Below are positions 36,031-47,880 of a stretch of DNA of 64,000 bases, in pieces. The number at the start of each line of letters is the position of its first letter. The first letter of the stretch is position 1. This DNA is from Chiloscyllium plagiosum (lineage: Eukaryota). The position numbers and the translations under genes are program-made. Location of the stretch: the NCBI RefSeq assembly GCF_004010195.1, contig NC_057718.1:47683556-47747555 (forward strand). The letters are read 5' to 3'. Under the pieces are notes generated by a model. That model had not been told where the DNA came from, did no database searches, and was given only the letters and a program-made list of their open reading frames with translations.

Positions 36031-38966
36031 CCAGTTAGGATACCGACTCTCACCACCAACCTTCAGTCCATTTTTCAAGCAGCAAGCAGACAAATGAGCT
36101 GCTTAAGGGCCTATTAAGGTCCACGGTTAGAAGCAGATTGTTTTTCAGTTGCCTCCTTACAGTATGCCATCTCAAAATTTCTCACAGGGGAGGTAGAGCA
36201 GAATCAGGCATAGCTTCCTTGAAGTGAGCACTTCAGGTTTTCTGAGGCCTTCTCTACCTGCCTGAGCCAAAGAGCAACAGTAGACAATCCTGTGGATGAA
36301 ATCTCCCGCAACAGTAGAGGATTGACTATGAAAGTTTTTTTTTAAATTATATTTTAACAAGTTAGCCAGAGTGCACTTCTATTTGGGGGACCCTCTCCCA
36401 TTCTTTTCTGCAACAATATACAGTTGCTCCTTTCAAGCTGGAGGACCACTTATTAACACTTCAACTTTAAGTGGTTACCTGACCACCATCCTGAACTGCA
36501 GTGAGCCCATCCTCTAGTTATTTACTGGCCAGGTCAGTTACTGTTCCTCCTACAGAACAAGCTTCTAAACCAGATTCAAGCCCAACAAAAGGTAGTAACC
36601 TAAAATGGAGAGAAGAAACTTTGCCCGTGGTAAAGGTTTTCTGCCTTTGTTGATAGATAAATAAATAAAACTATCTTGGATTACCCAGATGACGACATAA
36701 GTTGCAAGAAACTTCAATTTGTTGCACAGTTGCAAGCTCCTCAGTTGCTTCCTTGTAAACCCATATCCATCTCACTGGTCATTGTACTCCTATTCTTGAT
36801 CATGAACCAGATCTGAAATATCCAGCCTCATGGGTGTTATTGGCTCTTGGAATAAATGTCCAAGTAACTTTAACCCTCCCATCACTGTGTTTGAAGTTCA
36901 GACTCCAACTCGCCAAAAGTCAGAACTCAACTTCTCAGAGTTACAAAGGACCACACTTGCCAATATATATTTTTTAGTCCCCTTCTGTTATGAAGGAGAG
37001 TCTTGAACTTGAAATGTTAACGCTTATTTCTCTCTTAGGATATGCTGTTGAACGTCTTCACTTCTAGTTCACATTTCTGGCATCAGCAATACTTCGTTTT
37101 TATTTGAGTACTGGACAGGGTAAACCTTGTGGTGTTGTGGGCATTTACTCCTGACTGACCCACTCCACCTATTTGATTAATTATTTGTGTTTGCTCCCAA
37201 GCAAATTTGGTCCCTAACTGATGTGTTGTTGTTATGTTACTGTAACCACAGTGATTTTGATCTCATACCTGGCCCTGTGTCATTTTGCCACAGTATTTAA
37301 TTTAAGCACATCGATACTTGAGCAGTCAGTTTATTCTCAGAACAAAAACTCTGATCTCTAAGGTGATCAGCAACAGCAAACAGGATTATTGCTCTATGGG
37401 ATATTTAATTCCAACACAGTGTATTAGTATTTGAGGTATTTAATCCCTCTCCTCTTGACTCCATTTTGAAGACAAGTGGAGAGGATGAGAAGGATCAACT
37501 TAATGACAATAATTATTGGATTGTGAAGTGAATAAACTTGGCATTTTCATTTGAAATTATATTTTATGCTTGAAAAAAGATTGTTTCAAATTAGGGATCT
37601 GCAGTCAAGTGATCCACTTCTGGAAAATATTTCAGAGGTGACAGTGGGACGCTAATGTAATTTGTCATCTGTATAACATACTGCCTAAGCAACAAAGCTT
37701 CAGATGTGATCACTTTTTTTCTTTGCTGCTTATTTTTAAAGCTATTAGGGTTTGTAATGTTGCCTTCGTAGAATGTGAGGTGATCCTATTAAATCATATA
37801 AAATTCTTGCAGTGGAGGAGGGAATGGATCAAGACAGGATGTTTCCCCTGGTTTGGTAATTCTAGAACCAGGGACACTTCAGACAGAGATGAGGAATTTC
37901 TTTGTTCAAAGGATGATGAGTCTTTTAAATTCTCTCTCACAGAAGGAAGTTCAATTATTCAGAATGTTCAAGACAGAAATCAGCAAGTTGATAAAACAGG
38001 TTCACCTCAAAGACAAGTGGACTGTTAGACCAGATTCAAAAGTTGGAGTTCTAAATTGGAGTAAGGCCAATTTTGATGGTATTAGGCAAGAACTTTTAAA
38101 AAGCAGATTGGGGACAAATGTTCGCAGGTAAAAGGACGGCTGGAAAATGGGAAGCCTTCAGAAATGAGATAAAGGGGGTCCAGAGAAAGCATATTCCTGT
38201 TATGGTGAAAGGAAAGGCTGGTAGGTATGGGGAATGCTGGATGACTAAAGAAATTGAAGGTTTGGTTAAGAAAAAGAAGGAAGCATATGTCTGCTATAGA
38301 CAGGACAGATCGAGTGAATCCTTAGAAGAGTATGAAGGCAGTATGAGTATACTTAAGAAGGAAATTAGGAGGGGAAGAAAGGGGAGATAAGATGGCCTTG
38401 GCAAATAGAATTAAGGAGAATCAAAAGGCTTTTTCCAAATACATTAAAGGACAAAAGGGTGACAAGGGAGCAAATAGGGCCCCTCAAAGATCAGCAAGGC
38501 AGCCTTTGTGTGGAGCTGCGGGAAATGGGGAAGATACAAAATGAGTATTTTGCATCAGTGTTTTCTGTAGACAAGGACATGGAAGATATAGAATGTGGGA
38601 AAGAGATGGTGACATCTTGAAAAATGTCCACAGTACAGAGGAGGAAATGCTGGATATCTTGAAACGCATAAAAGGTGATAAAAGCCCAGGACCTGATCAG
38701 GTGTACCCTAGAACTCGGTGGGAAGCTAGGGAAGTGATTGTTGGACCCCTTGCAGAGATACTTGTATCATCGATAGTCGCAGGTGAGGTGCTAGAAGACT
38801 GGAAGTTGGCTAACACGGTACCATTATTTAACAAAGGTGGTAAGGACAAGCAAGGGAACTATAGACCAGTGAGCCTGACGTTGGTGGTGGGCAAGTTGTT
38901 GGAGGGAATCCTGAGGGACAGCATGCAAGGACTGATAAGGGATAGTCAACATGGCTTTGTGCATGG

Positions 38967-40152
38967 ACAAAGTGAGGATTGCAGATGCTGAAGTATCAGA
39001 GTTGAAAAATGTGGTGCTTGCAAAACACAACAGGCCAGGCAGCATCCGAGTATCAAGAGAATTGACGTTTCGGGCATAAAGCCTTCTTCAGGAATGAGGC
39101 TGGTGTGCCAAGTGGGCTGAGATAAAAAGGTAGTGAGGAGGGGCGCTGGGAATACGATAGGGGGAAGGAGGTGAGGGTGAGGGTAATAGGCCGGAGAGGG
39201 AGTGGGCGCGGAGAGGTCAGGAAGAAGATTGCAGGTCAAGAGGGCAGTGCTGAATCCGAGGGTTGGGACTGAGATAAGGTGGGGGGAGGGGAAATGAGGA
39301 AGCTGAAGAAATCTCCATTCATCCCTTGTGGTTGGAGGGTTCCTAGGTGGAAGATGAGGCGCTCTTCCTCCAGGCGTCGTGTGGCCAGGGTCTGGCGATG
39401 GAGGAGGCCAAGGACCTGCATGTACTTGGAGGAGTGGGAGGGGGAGTTAAAGTGTTCAGCCATTGGACAGTTGGGTTGGTTGGTGCGGGTGTCCCAGAGG
39501 TGCTCCATGAAACGTTCCGCAAGTAGGCGGCCTGTCTCCCCAACGTAGAGGAGACCACATCGGGTGCAGCGGATACAGTAAATGTGTGTGTGTGTGTGGA
39601 GGTGCTGGTGAATTTGCGACGGATATAGAAGGATCCATTGGGGGCTTGTAGGGAGGTGAGGGGTGGGGAGGTGTGGGCGCAAGTTTTGCACTTCTTGCAA
39701 TTGCAGGGGAAGATGCCGGGAGTGGAGGTTGGGTTGATGGGGGGTGTGGACCTGACGAGAGAGTCGCGGAGGGAGTGGTCTCTCCTGAATGCCGATAGGG
39801 TTGGAGAGGGAAATAAAACCCTGGTGGTGGGGTCTGGAGGTGGCGGAAATGATGGAGGATGATACCATGTATCTGGAGGTTGGTGGGGTGGAAGGTGAGG
39901 GTCAGTGGGGTTCTGTCCTGGTGGCGACGGAGGGGCGGGGTTCAAGGGTGGAGGTGCGGGAAGTAGAGGAGATGCGGTGGAGAGCGTAGTCGACCACGTC
40001 GGAGGGGAAATTGCGGTCTTTGAAGAAGGAGGCCATTTGAGTTGTTCAGTAGTGGAATTGGTCCTCCTGGGAGCAGATGCGGCGGAGGCGAAGGAATTGG
40101 GAATATGGGATAGTGTTTTTACAGGGAGCAGGGTGGGAGGTGGTATATGGGT
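38967..40152 (-). mobile_element. Penelope-like element, 5'-truncated (RT thumb, GIY-YIG endonuclease, terminal repeat)
   Basis: SHPAPCKNTIPYSQFLRLRRICS; IYCIRCTRCGLLYVGETGRLLAERFMEH...RRLEEERLIFHLGTLQPQGMN. 13-bp TSD GCTTTGTGCATGG (38954-38966, 40153-40165). Confidence 0.92.
39064..39091 (-). ncRNA. Minimal hammerhead ribozyme-like core in PLE terminal repeat
   Basis: Reverse complement CTGAAGA-AGGCTTTATGCCC-GAAA-CGTC, in the same sense as the PLE ORF. Confidence 0.6.
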
Positions 40153-41659
40153 GCTTTGTGCATGGGAAATCATGTCTCACAAACTTGACTGAGTTTTTTG
40201 AAGAAGTAACAAAGAGGATTGATGAGGGCAGAGCAGTAGTTGTGATCCAAATGGACTTCAGTAAGGTCTTCGACAAGGTTCCCTTTGAGAGACTGGTTAG
40301 CAAGGTTCGATCTTACAGAATACAGGGAGAACTAGCCATTTGGATACAAAACTGGCTCAAAGGTAGAAGAGGGTGGTGGTGGAGGGTTGTTTTTCCAGAC
40401 TGGAGGCCTGTGACCAGTGGAGTGCCACAAGGATCGGTGCTGGGCCTCTACTTTGTGTAATTTACACAAATGATTTGGATGCAAGCATGAGGTACAGTTA
40501 GTAAGTTTGCAGATGACACCAAAATTGGAGGTGTAGTGGACAGCGAAGAGGGTCACCTCAGATTACAACAGGGTCTTGACCAGATGGAGCAATGGTCTGA
40601 GAAGTGGCAGATGGAGTTTAATTTAGATAAGGGTAACCTTATAGAGGTTTACAAAATTATGAGGGGCATGGATAGGATACATAGACAAAGTCTTTTCCCT
40701 GGGGTCGGGGAGTCCAGAACTAGAGGGCATAGCTTTAGGCTGAGAGGCGAAAGATATAAAAGGGACCTACGGGGCAACGTTTTCACACATAGTGGTACGT
40801 GTATGGAATGAGCTGCCAGAGGAAGTGGTGGAGGCTGGTACAATTGCAACATTTAAAAGGCATTTGGATGGATATATGAATAGGAAGGGTTTGGAGGGTT
40901 ATGGGCCGGATGCTGACAGGTGGGACTAGATTGGGCTGGGATATATGGTCGGCATGGACAGGTTGGACCGAAGGGTCTGTTTCCGTGCTGTACATCTCTA
41001 TGACTCTAAGTGCAAGAACTGAAGGAAGGATAAACAAATTTGAGCATGCATGCTACCACACTACAGGATGTAACAATCACCAAGCTCTCTCATCTCTTCT
41101 CCATAACATTCACCTTTTACACTGGCCCCTTACAATCTTATCCATTTCCACCTTTTTCCCCCCATCACAATTTGTCAACTTTCTACATCCTTGACTCTGA
41201 TCAATCACCTGTACATTCCTGCTGCAAAGTCCACAATCATTCCCTCAGTCAGAGTCTTAAATGTGAATATACTTGGTGCATGCAGTCATCGACCACTACC
41301 AGATTTTGCCTAACCACAAATATTGAGCGTCTCTCTCCACAACCAAACCTTCAGCATCTCCTTGCCACAACTAACTTGAATTTGCCCATCAATCTTAATC
41401 TCCACCACCAAGAGGGATTCATGAATTTTAATAACTCATAAATCCATGCTTTGACTGCAAAGCATTACAAAACTATACATTACATTAGTATTAAAAGCCA
41501 AATGACAGTAATGCAAAATCAATACACACTTTTAAATTGCAAAATGTTTAACTTGCACCTCGTCAGGTACCAAAATAATGAAAGTGGAACCACTCCCGAA
41601 ATTAATTACTAATAACATATCTGGATGACCATCTATAATCCAAAATTTTATCCAAGGCT

Positions 41660-41805
41660 TTCCAGGTTAAAGAATTTCAGGACATTGAGAAAACACTCAC
41701 CCAGGATCTATATACTCTGAAAGCCTATTTCAGAAAATAGAGACATTAACCAAACACGAACAAGGTTGTTACTTCAGCCTTCTACTCAAACAACGTAGAA
41801 GTCGT
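41660..41805 (+). mobile_element. Non-CR1 LINE RT relic (clade uncertain)
   Basis: QVKEFQDIEKTLTQDLYTLKAYFRK*RH*PNTNKVVTSAFYSNNVE resembles the segment after YADD (DL..L..Y...WRL..N..KT....FHLNN) of non-LTR RTs. Confidence 0.55.
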
Positions 41806-42514
41806 TGAAGAAGTTGATTTTTCAACACAGAATTAATAAGGCCACGTATACAGTTGCCTAATAAACAGACTTAAACCCTTTCCTTAGGTCTTTTAATCTA
41901 CACCAAGGGGAATGCTAAATTGTGGGATACCATATATACCAGGACTCTTGATGAGATGAATAATAACTACTTACTAGCTCCATCTCTAAATAAACCATAT
42001 TCTTGTATTTGGTTACCTATTCTAATTAATCAGAAAACACAGATTAAGTAATGTTTTATGACAAAATAATCATCTGTCCTTGAAGAGATATGCTGTATCG
42101 CAAACAGCAAAGGCCTTTCAACAGACAGAAAGCAAACTAACAGATACACGCTGACCAACAGAAATCTGAAGATTCTCATTCAGTGGCAACAATTATTTAA
42201 AAAGTAAGATTTTAAGAAGCAGATTTTCCTGTCTAATTCTCTTTCTTCAGGAGAATTGATGCATCTATGCCATATAGATTCAATGGCTCGAAAACGTAGC
42301 TTACCACAAACTTCCCAAGGGCAATTACACATGGGCAACCACTGCCAGCGAAACTCACATCTCATGAATGAATAATAACTTCATTAGAATCAATGCGCTT
42401 TAAGGCAGCTAATCTTCTACTCAACATAAAATGGTATCTACAAGTCATATTATTATGCAATTATCTTGTCCTCTAAGTATAGAGCTACAAATAAAATTAC
42501 ACAAATGGACTCAC

Positions 42515-42688
42515 CATGCTAAAGTGCCCATATCTAGGGATTTGCGGGCTAGATGGATTACCCATGGGAAATGCAGGTTTATGTGGATTGGGTAGAGGGG
42601 TGGCTCTGGGTGGGATGCTCTGCGGAAGGTCAGTGTGGACTTGATGAGCCGAATGGCCTGTTTCCACACTGCAGGGATTCTATGATTC
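42515..42688 (+). mobile_element. HE1-like SINE 3' half
   Basis: ccatgctaaagtgccc...ggcctgtttccacactgcagggattctatgattc. Confidence 0.75.
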
Positions 42689-42865
42689 CAAGGTTGCAGA
42701 CAAAAATAACTATCTGGTTGTTCTTTTTTTTCTAAGTTTAAGGAACAAAACTCAGCACAATAACAAATATTAATCAAAAAAACTTGTTTCCAAATTATGT
42801 TCCAAATATCACATCAGGCCATCCAAAAAGGAGTGGTGTATTATTAGAAAGAAAAAAAACTGTAC

Positions 42866-42971
42866 CTCCTCTTGAAACCACCAAAAATATGTCCCCAGCT
42901 CTGCTCGACAGCAAAAATCAATAGAACTGACATTCAGAGCCAACAGGTGGCAAGACAAGGTAATGAACAGC
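42866..42971 (-). CDS. Candidate 106-nt exon (LFITLSCHLLALNVSSIDFCCRAELGTYFWWFQEE; alternatively an ATG at about 42932 gives MSVLLIFAVEQSWGHIFGGFKR)
   Basis: Acceptor ccttttcatttgttag, donor GAG|GTACAG. Unique sequence; both readings continue open into 34788-34837. Confidence 0.4.
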
Positions 42972-44378
42972 CTAACAAATGAAAAGGACTGCAGAACCCA
43001 ATTCCTAAATATTCACAATATGGCACCATACATTTCTGCCTTTAAATTCTACATAGTGGATTCATGATCCGAGTTGTCTGGAATCAAATACATTAAGAGA
43101 CATTACCTAAAAACACTGGTACTGAGTAGATGCACATGTTTGCCAAAAAAAAAAAACAAGAACAGCTATGCCAATTTAACTAGGAACTTTAAAGCAGCAG
43201 ATAAGCCATTCACTGAGGTTTAAGCATCTTTTAAGATTGTTGTTGAGGGTAAATGGCTTTAACCTTCACTGCTGATATCTCTAACAGATGGTTTCAAATC
43301 ATTCTTACATCATGTCAAAGAGCAGGCATATAATAAACTTGGATTCTTTTTTTGTTAAAAAGTTCTTTGGCAGCCTCATGTGGCACTTCCTTTGGCAGCT
43401 CATTCCATTCAAATGCCAAAGACGACAGAACAGTGTACGTTGCCTAAATCGACTTCAACTAGGCATTGACAAGGTTCTGCATGGTCGACTGGATAGCAAA
43501 GTTAGATCACAGAATCCAGAAAGAGCTAGCCATTTGGATAGAAAATTGACTTCTAGGTAAGAGACAGAGGGCTGTTTTCAGACTGGAAGCCTGTGACCAA
43601 CAGTGTGCCACAAGGTCAATGCTGAGCCACTGCTTTTTGTCATTTATGTAACTGATTTGGATTTGAATAAAGAAGAAATGGTTAGTAATTGTGCAAAATT
43701 GGTCACGTAGTTGACAGCGAAGGAGGTTATTGTAGAATACAACAGGACCTTGCTCAGATGGGCCAACAGACCACGGAGTCTCAGATGGTGTTTAATTTAG
43801 ATAAACGTGACGTGCTGTATTTTGGTAAGGCAAATCAGGCAGGACTTGTATACTTCATGCTATGGTCCTGAAGTGTTTTGCTGAACAAAGAGACCTTGGA
43901 GTGCAGGTTCATAGTTCCTTGAAAGTGGAGTTGCAGGTAGACAGGGTACTGAAAGCAGTATTCGGTACACTTGCCTTTATTGGTCAATGCATTGAATTTC
44001 AGAGTTGGGATGTCATGCTACTGCTGTACCAGAACATTGGTTCGGCCACTTTTTTTGAATACTGCATTCAATTCTGGTCTGCCTGCTATCAGAAAGATAT
44101 TGTGAAACTTGAAAGGATTCAAAAGAGATTTACATGCATGTTGCCGGAGTTGGAGGGTTTACGCTATTGGGAAAGGCTGAATAGGCTGGAGCTATTTTCC
44201 CTGGAGAGTCAGAGGCTGAGGCCAATCTTATAGATGTTTATAAAATTATGGGTCACATGGATAGGGTGAATAGCCATATAGGTAAAAACAATGACTGCAG
44301 ATGCTGGAAACCAGATTCTGGATCAGTGGTGCTGGAAGAGCACAGCAATTCAGGCAGCATTTGAGGACAGGCAAAATC

Positions 44379-44406
44379 AATGTTTCGGGCAAAAGCCCTT
44401 CATCAG
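44379..44406 (-). ncRNA. Hammerhead-like core, cleavage-site region mutated
   Basis: Reverse complement CTGATGA-A-GGGC-TTTT-GCCC-GAAA-CATT. Confidence 0.5.
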
Positions 44407-44733
44407 GAATAAAGGCAGAGAGCCTGAAGCGTGGAGAGATAAGCTAGAGGAGGGTGGGGTGGGGAGAGAGTGGCATAGAGTACAATAGGTCAGTGGGGAA
44501 GGAGATGAAGGTGATAGGTCAGGGAGGAGAGGGTGGAGTGGATAGGTGGAAAAGGAGCTGGGCAGATCGGACAAGTCCGGACAGGTCAGGGGAGCGAGTT
44601 TCTGGAGGTTAGAAGCTAGGATGAGGTGGGGGAACGGGAAATGAGGAAACTGTTGAAATCCACACTGATGCCCTGGGGTTGAAGTGTTCCGAGGCAGAAG
44701 ATGAGGCGTTCTTCCTCCAGGCATCTGGTGGTG

Positions 44734-45365
44734 NNNNNNNNNNNNNNNNNNNNNNNNNNNNNNNNNNNNNNNNNNNNNNNNNNNNNNNNNNNNNNNNNNN
44801 NNNNNNNNNNNNNNNNNNNNNNNNNNNNNNNNNNNNNNNNNNNNNNNNNNNNNNNNNNNNNNNNNNNNNNNNNNNNNNNNNNNNNNNNNNNNNNNNNNNN
44901 NNNNNNNNNNNNNNNNNNNNNNNNNNNNNNNNNNNNNNNNNNNNNNNNNNNNNNNNNNNNNNNNNNNNNNNNNNNNNNNNNNNNNNNNNNNNNNNNNNNN
45001 NNNNNNNNNNNNNNNNNNNNNNNNNNNNNNNNNNNNNNNNNNNNNNNNNNNNNNNNNNNNNNNNNNNNNNNNNNNNNNNNNNNNNNNNNNNNNNNNNNNN
45101 NNNNNNNNNNNNNNNNNNNNNNNNNNNNNNNNNNNNNNNNNNNNNNNNNNNNNNNNNNNNNNNNNNNNNNNNNNNNNNNNNNNNNNNNNNNNNNNNNNNN
45201 NNNNNNNNNNNNNNNNNNNNNNNNNNNNNNNNNNNNNNNNNNNNNNNNNNNNNNNNNNNNNNNNNNNNNNNNNNNNNNNNNNNNNNNNNNNNNNNNNNNN
45301 NNNNNNNNNNNNNNNNNNNNNNNNNNNNNNNNNNNNNNNNNNNNNNNNNNNNNNNNNNNNNNNNN
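44734..45365. other. Assembly gap (632 N)
   Basis: Run of N. Confidence 1.
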
Positions 45366-45917
45366 GGACAAGTCATGGGGACAGTGCTGAGCTGGAAGTT
45401 TGGAATTAGGTTGAGGTGGGGGAAGGGGAAATGAGGAAGCTGTTGAAATCCACATTGATGCCCTGTGGTTGAAGTGTTCCGAGGCGGAAGATGAGGCGTT
45501 CTTCCTCCAGGCGTCTGGTGGTGAGGGAGCGGCGGTGGAGGAGGCCCAGCACCTCCATATCCTCGGCAGAGTGGGAGGGGGAGTTGAAATGTTGAGCCAC
45601 TGGGCGATTTGGTTGATTGATGCGGGTGTCTCTGAGATGTTCCCTAAAGCGCTCTGCTAGGCGGCGCCCAATTTCCCCAATGTAGAGGAGGCCGCATCGG
45701 GAGCAACGGATACAATAGATGATATTAGTGGATGTGCTGGTAAAACTTTGATGGATGTGGAAGGCTCCTTTAGGTCCTTGGATGGAGGTGAGGGAGGAGG
45801 TGTGGGCGCTGGTTTTACAGTTCCTGCGGTGGCAGGGGAAAGTGCCAGGATGGGGGGGTGGGTCGTAGGGGGGCGTGGACCTGACCAGGTAGTCACGGGG
45901 GGAACGGTCTTTGCGGA

Positions 45918-46235
45918 AGGCGGAGAGGGGTGGGGAGGGAAATATATCCCTGGTGGTGGGGTCTGTTTGGAGGCGGAGAGGGGTGGGGAGGGAAATATAT
46001 CCCTGGTGGTGGGGTCTGTTTGGAGGCGGAGAGGGGTGGGGAGGGAAATATATCCCTGGTGGTGGGGTCTGTTTGGAGGCGGAGAGGGGTGGGGAGGGAA
46101 ATATATCCCTGGTGGTGGGGTCTGTTTGGAGGCGGAGAGGGGTGGGGAGGGAAATATATCCCTGGTGGTGGGGTCTGTTTGGAGGCGGAGAGGGGTGGGG
46201 AGGGAAATATATCCCTGGTGGTGGGGTCTGTTTGG
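45918..46235. repeat. Six tandem copies of a 53-bp G-rich unit
   Basis: Unit AGGCGGAGAGGGGTGGGGAGGGAAATATATCCCTGGTGGTGGGGTCTGTTTGG starting at 45918, 45971, 46024, 46077, 46130 and 46183. Confidence 0.95.
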
Positions 46236-46578
46236 AGGTGGCGGAAATGTCGGCGGATGATTTGGTTTATGCGAACGCCTCATCTTCCGCCTTGGAACAC
46301 TTCAACCCCAGGGCATCAATGTGGATTTTAACAGTTTCCTCATTTCCCCTTCCCCCACCTCATCCTAGCTTCTAACCTCCAGAAACTCGGTCCCCTGACC
46401 TGTCCGGACTTGTCCGATCTGCCCAGCTCCTTTTCCACCTATCCACTCCCCCCTCTCCTCCCTAACTTATCACCTTCATCTCCTTCCCCACTGACCTATT
46501 GTACTCTATGCCACTCTCTCCCCACCCCCACCCTCCTCTAGCTTATCTCTCCACGCTTCAGGCTCTCTGCCTTTATTC

Positions 46579-46606
46579 CTGATGAAGGGCTTTTGCCCGA
46601 AACGTC
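46579..46606 (+). ncRNA. Minimal hammerhead ribozyme-like core
   Basis: CTGATGA-A-GGGC-TTTT-GCCC-GAAA-CGTC. Confidence 0.7.
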
Positions 46607-47079
46607 GATTTTGCCTGTCCTCGGATGCTGCCTGAATTGCTGTGCTCTTCCAGCACCACTGATCCTGAATAGCCATATAGTCTTCTTCCTAGGGTACAGG
46701 AGTCCAAAACTAGAGGGCATAGGTTTAAGGTGAGAGGGTAAACATTTGAAAGGGACCGAAGGGGCAACCTTTTCACGTAGAGTGTGGTGTGTGCAAGGAA
46801 TGAACTGCCAGAGGAAGCAGTGGAGGCTGGTACAATTACAACATTCAAAAGGCATCTGGATGGGTACATTATTAGGAAGGGTTTAGAGGAATATGGGCCA
46901 AGTCTTGACAAATGGGACTAGACTAATTTATGATATCTGGTTGGCATGGACGAGTTGGACCAAAGGGTCTGTTTTCGTGCTGTACATCTCTATGACTCTA
47001 AGTTTAACAATATCTTTCTTTTATGAAATATATTTTTGTATGAGCTTATCTAATTTATCTTGAGTGCAAGGTTTTTCTT

Positions 47080-47410
47080 TAACTGGGACAAGATGCACAT
47101 CCTCGGACAGGCAAAACGAAGACACACGAGACATGGCAGTCTAACCAGAATTCCATCAATAAACCTATCAATTTAAACCCGGTCTACCTTCCCTTGAAAA
47201 AAAGAACCAAAAATGATATCACCCACCTTAAGAATCCAAGACCTATAAATAGAGAAGCAGGACATACCACCAGCGCTTCACTCAAGACTCTCACTGATTA
47301 TGTCACCTAGTATGGCGACAAAACATCTGAAAACAAACCTTCAAGCTCAGCTGAACTAACTTACGCACTTACCATCAACCTGAGCTACAAATCTTCTCAA
47401 AAACTGCTAA
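47080..47410 (+). mobile_element. 3' end of a second Penelope-like family with a degenerate hammerhead motif (47294-47327)
   Basis: WDKMHILGQAKRRHTR...WQSNQNSINKPINLNPVYLPL (GIY-YIG C-terminal tail); CTGATTA-TGTCACC-TAGTAT-GGCGACA-AAACATC. Confidence 0.7.
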
Positions 47411-47459
47411 ATGAATTCAATAACTTTAGAACTTGATTCCATCCTTCTATGCTTTTCAG

Positions 47460-47880
47460 CCAAACCGACACCCAGGTCTGGTCATGACATAGGTTGCTTC
47501 CAACACAGCCAATCCATTCTCATTCCTATCACATGGCATGAGTTGCTTCCAGCAAAGCAAATCCATTGTCTCCTACTCAGATCTCATTATGACTTATTCA
47601 GCTTCTCTTGTCCAGGCCAATCAATAATCCCCTCGTACGCTTACCCCTTTCACATCTCTCTCTCTCTGGAATTCGTCTCCAACGAAGGCTCACCTCTTCT
47701 CCCATCCCACCAGTCTTCAGCACAAATACTACTTTTTCCTACCCACTATGACGACTGGTGAAAACAGCCGACTCAAAACATTAAGTTTGCTTTCTCCCCA
47801 CAAATGCTGCCAGAACGGAGTTTCACCAGCAATTTTTGTTTTTGTTTCATATGTCCAGCATCCACAGTTCTTTGTTGCAT
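47460..47880 (+). mobile_element. Old Penelope-like 3' end relic (similar piece at about 36980-37100)
   Basis: Ends aaatgctgccag...ccagcaatttttgtttttgtttcatatgtccagcatccacag, paralleling the gatgctgcc...ccagcatctgcag termini of the young PLEs. Confidence 0.5.

Larger units (their letters stand above)
38025..41008 (+). mobile_element. HER1 LINE ORF2 with Penelope insertion and internal deletion (about 40630)
   Basis: KSPGPDQVYPR, QGNYRPVSLT, SQHGFVHG | [35 protein letters not shown]. Confidence 0.92.
44282..46665 (-). mobile_element. Penelope-like element with inverted terminal-repeat copy, internal tandem array and assembly gap
   Basis: GIY-YIG C-terminus (HFNSPSHS...RRLEEERLIFRLGTLQPQGINVDF). 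About 46275-46665 is an inverted copy of about 44320-44710. 15-bp TSD TGAATAGCCATATAG (44267-44281, 46666-46680). Confidence 0.88.
43420..47000 (+). mobile_element. HER1 LINE 3' part, split by Penelope insertion 44282-46665
   Basis: EQRDLGVQVHSSLKV...EYCIQFWS; resumes at 46681 and runs to the ctctatgactcta tail. Confidence 0.88.

Noticed and set aside
44609..45455. Four long ORFs (229-279 aa)
   Set aside because: Artefacts of translating through the N gap.
45918..46235. Regular array as a possible CRISPR
   Set aside because: Units are contiguous and identical with no unique spacers; eukaryotic context and no cas genes.
45657..46375. Gly/Pro-rich repetitive ORFs on both strands
   Set aside because: Produced by the stop-free 53-bp tandem repeat inside a Penelope element.
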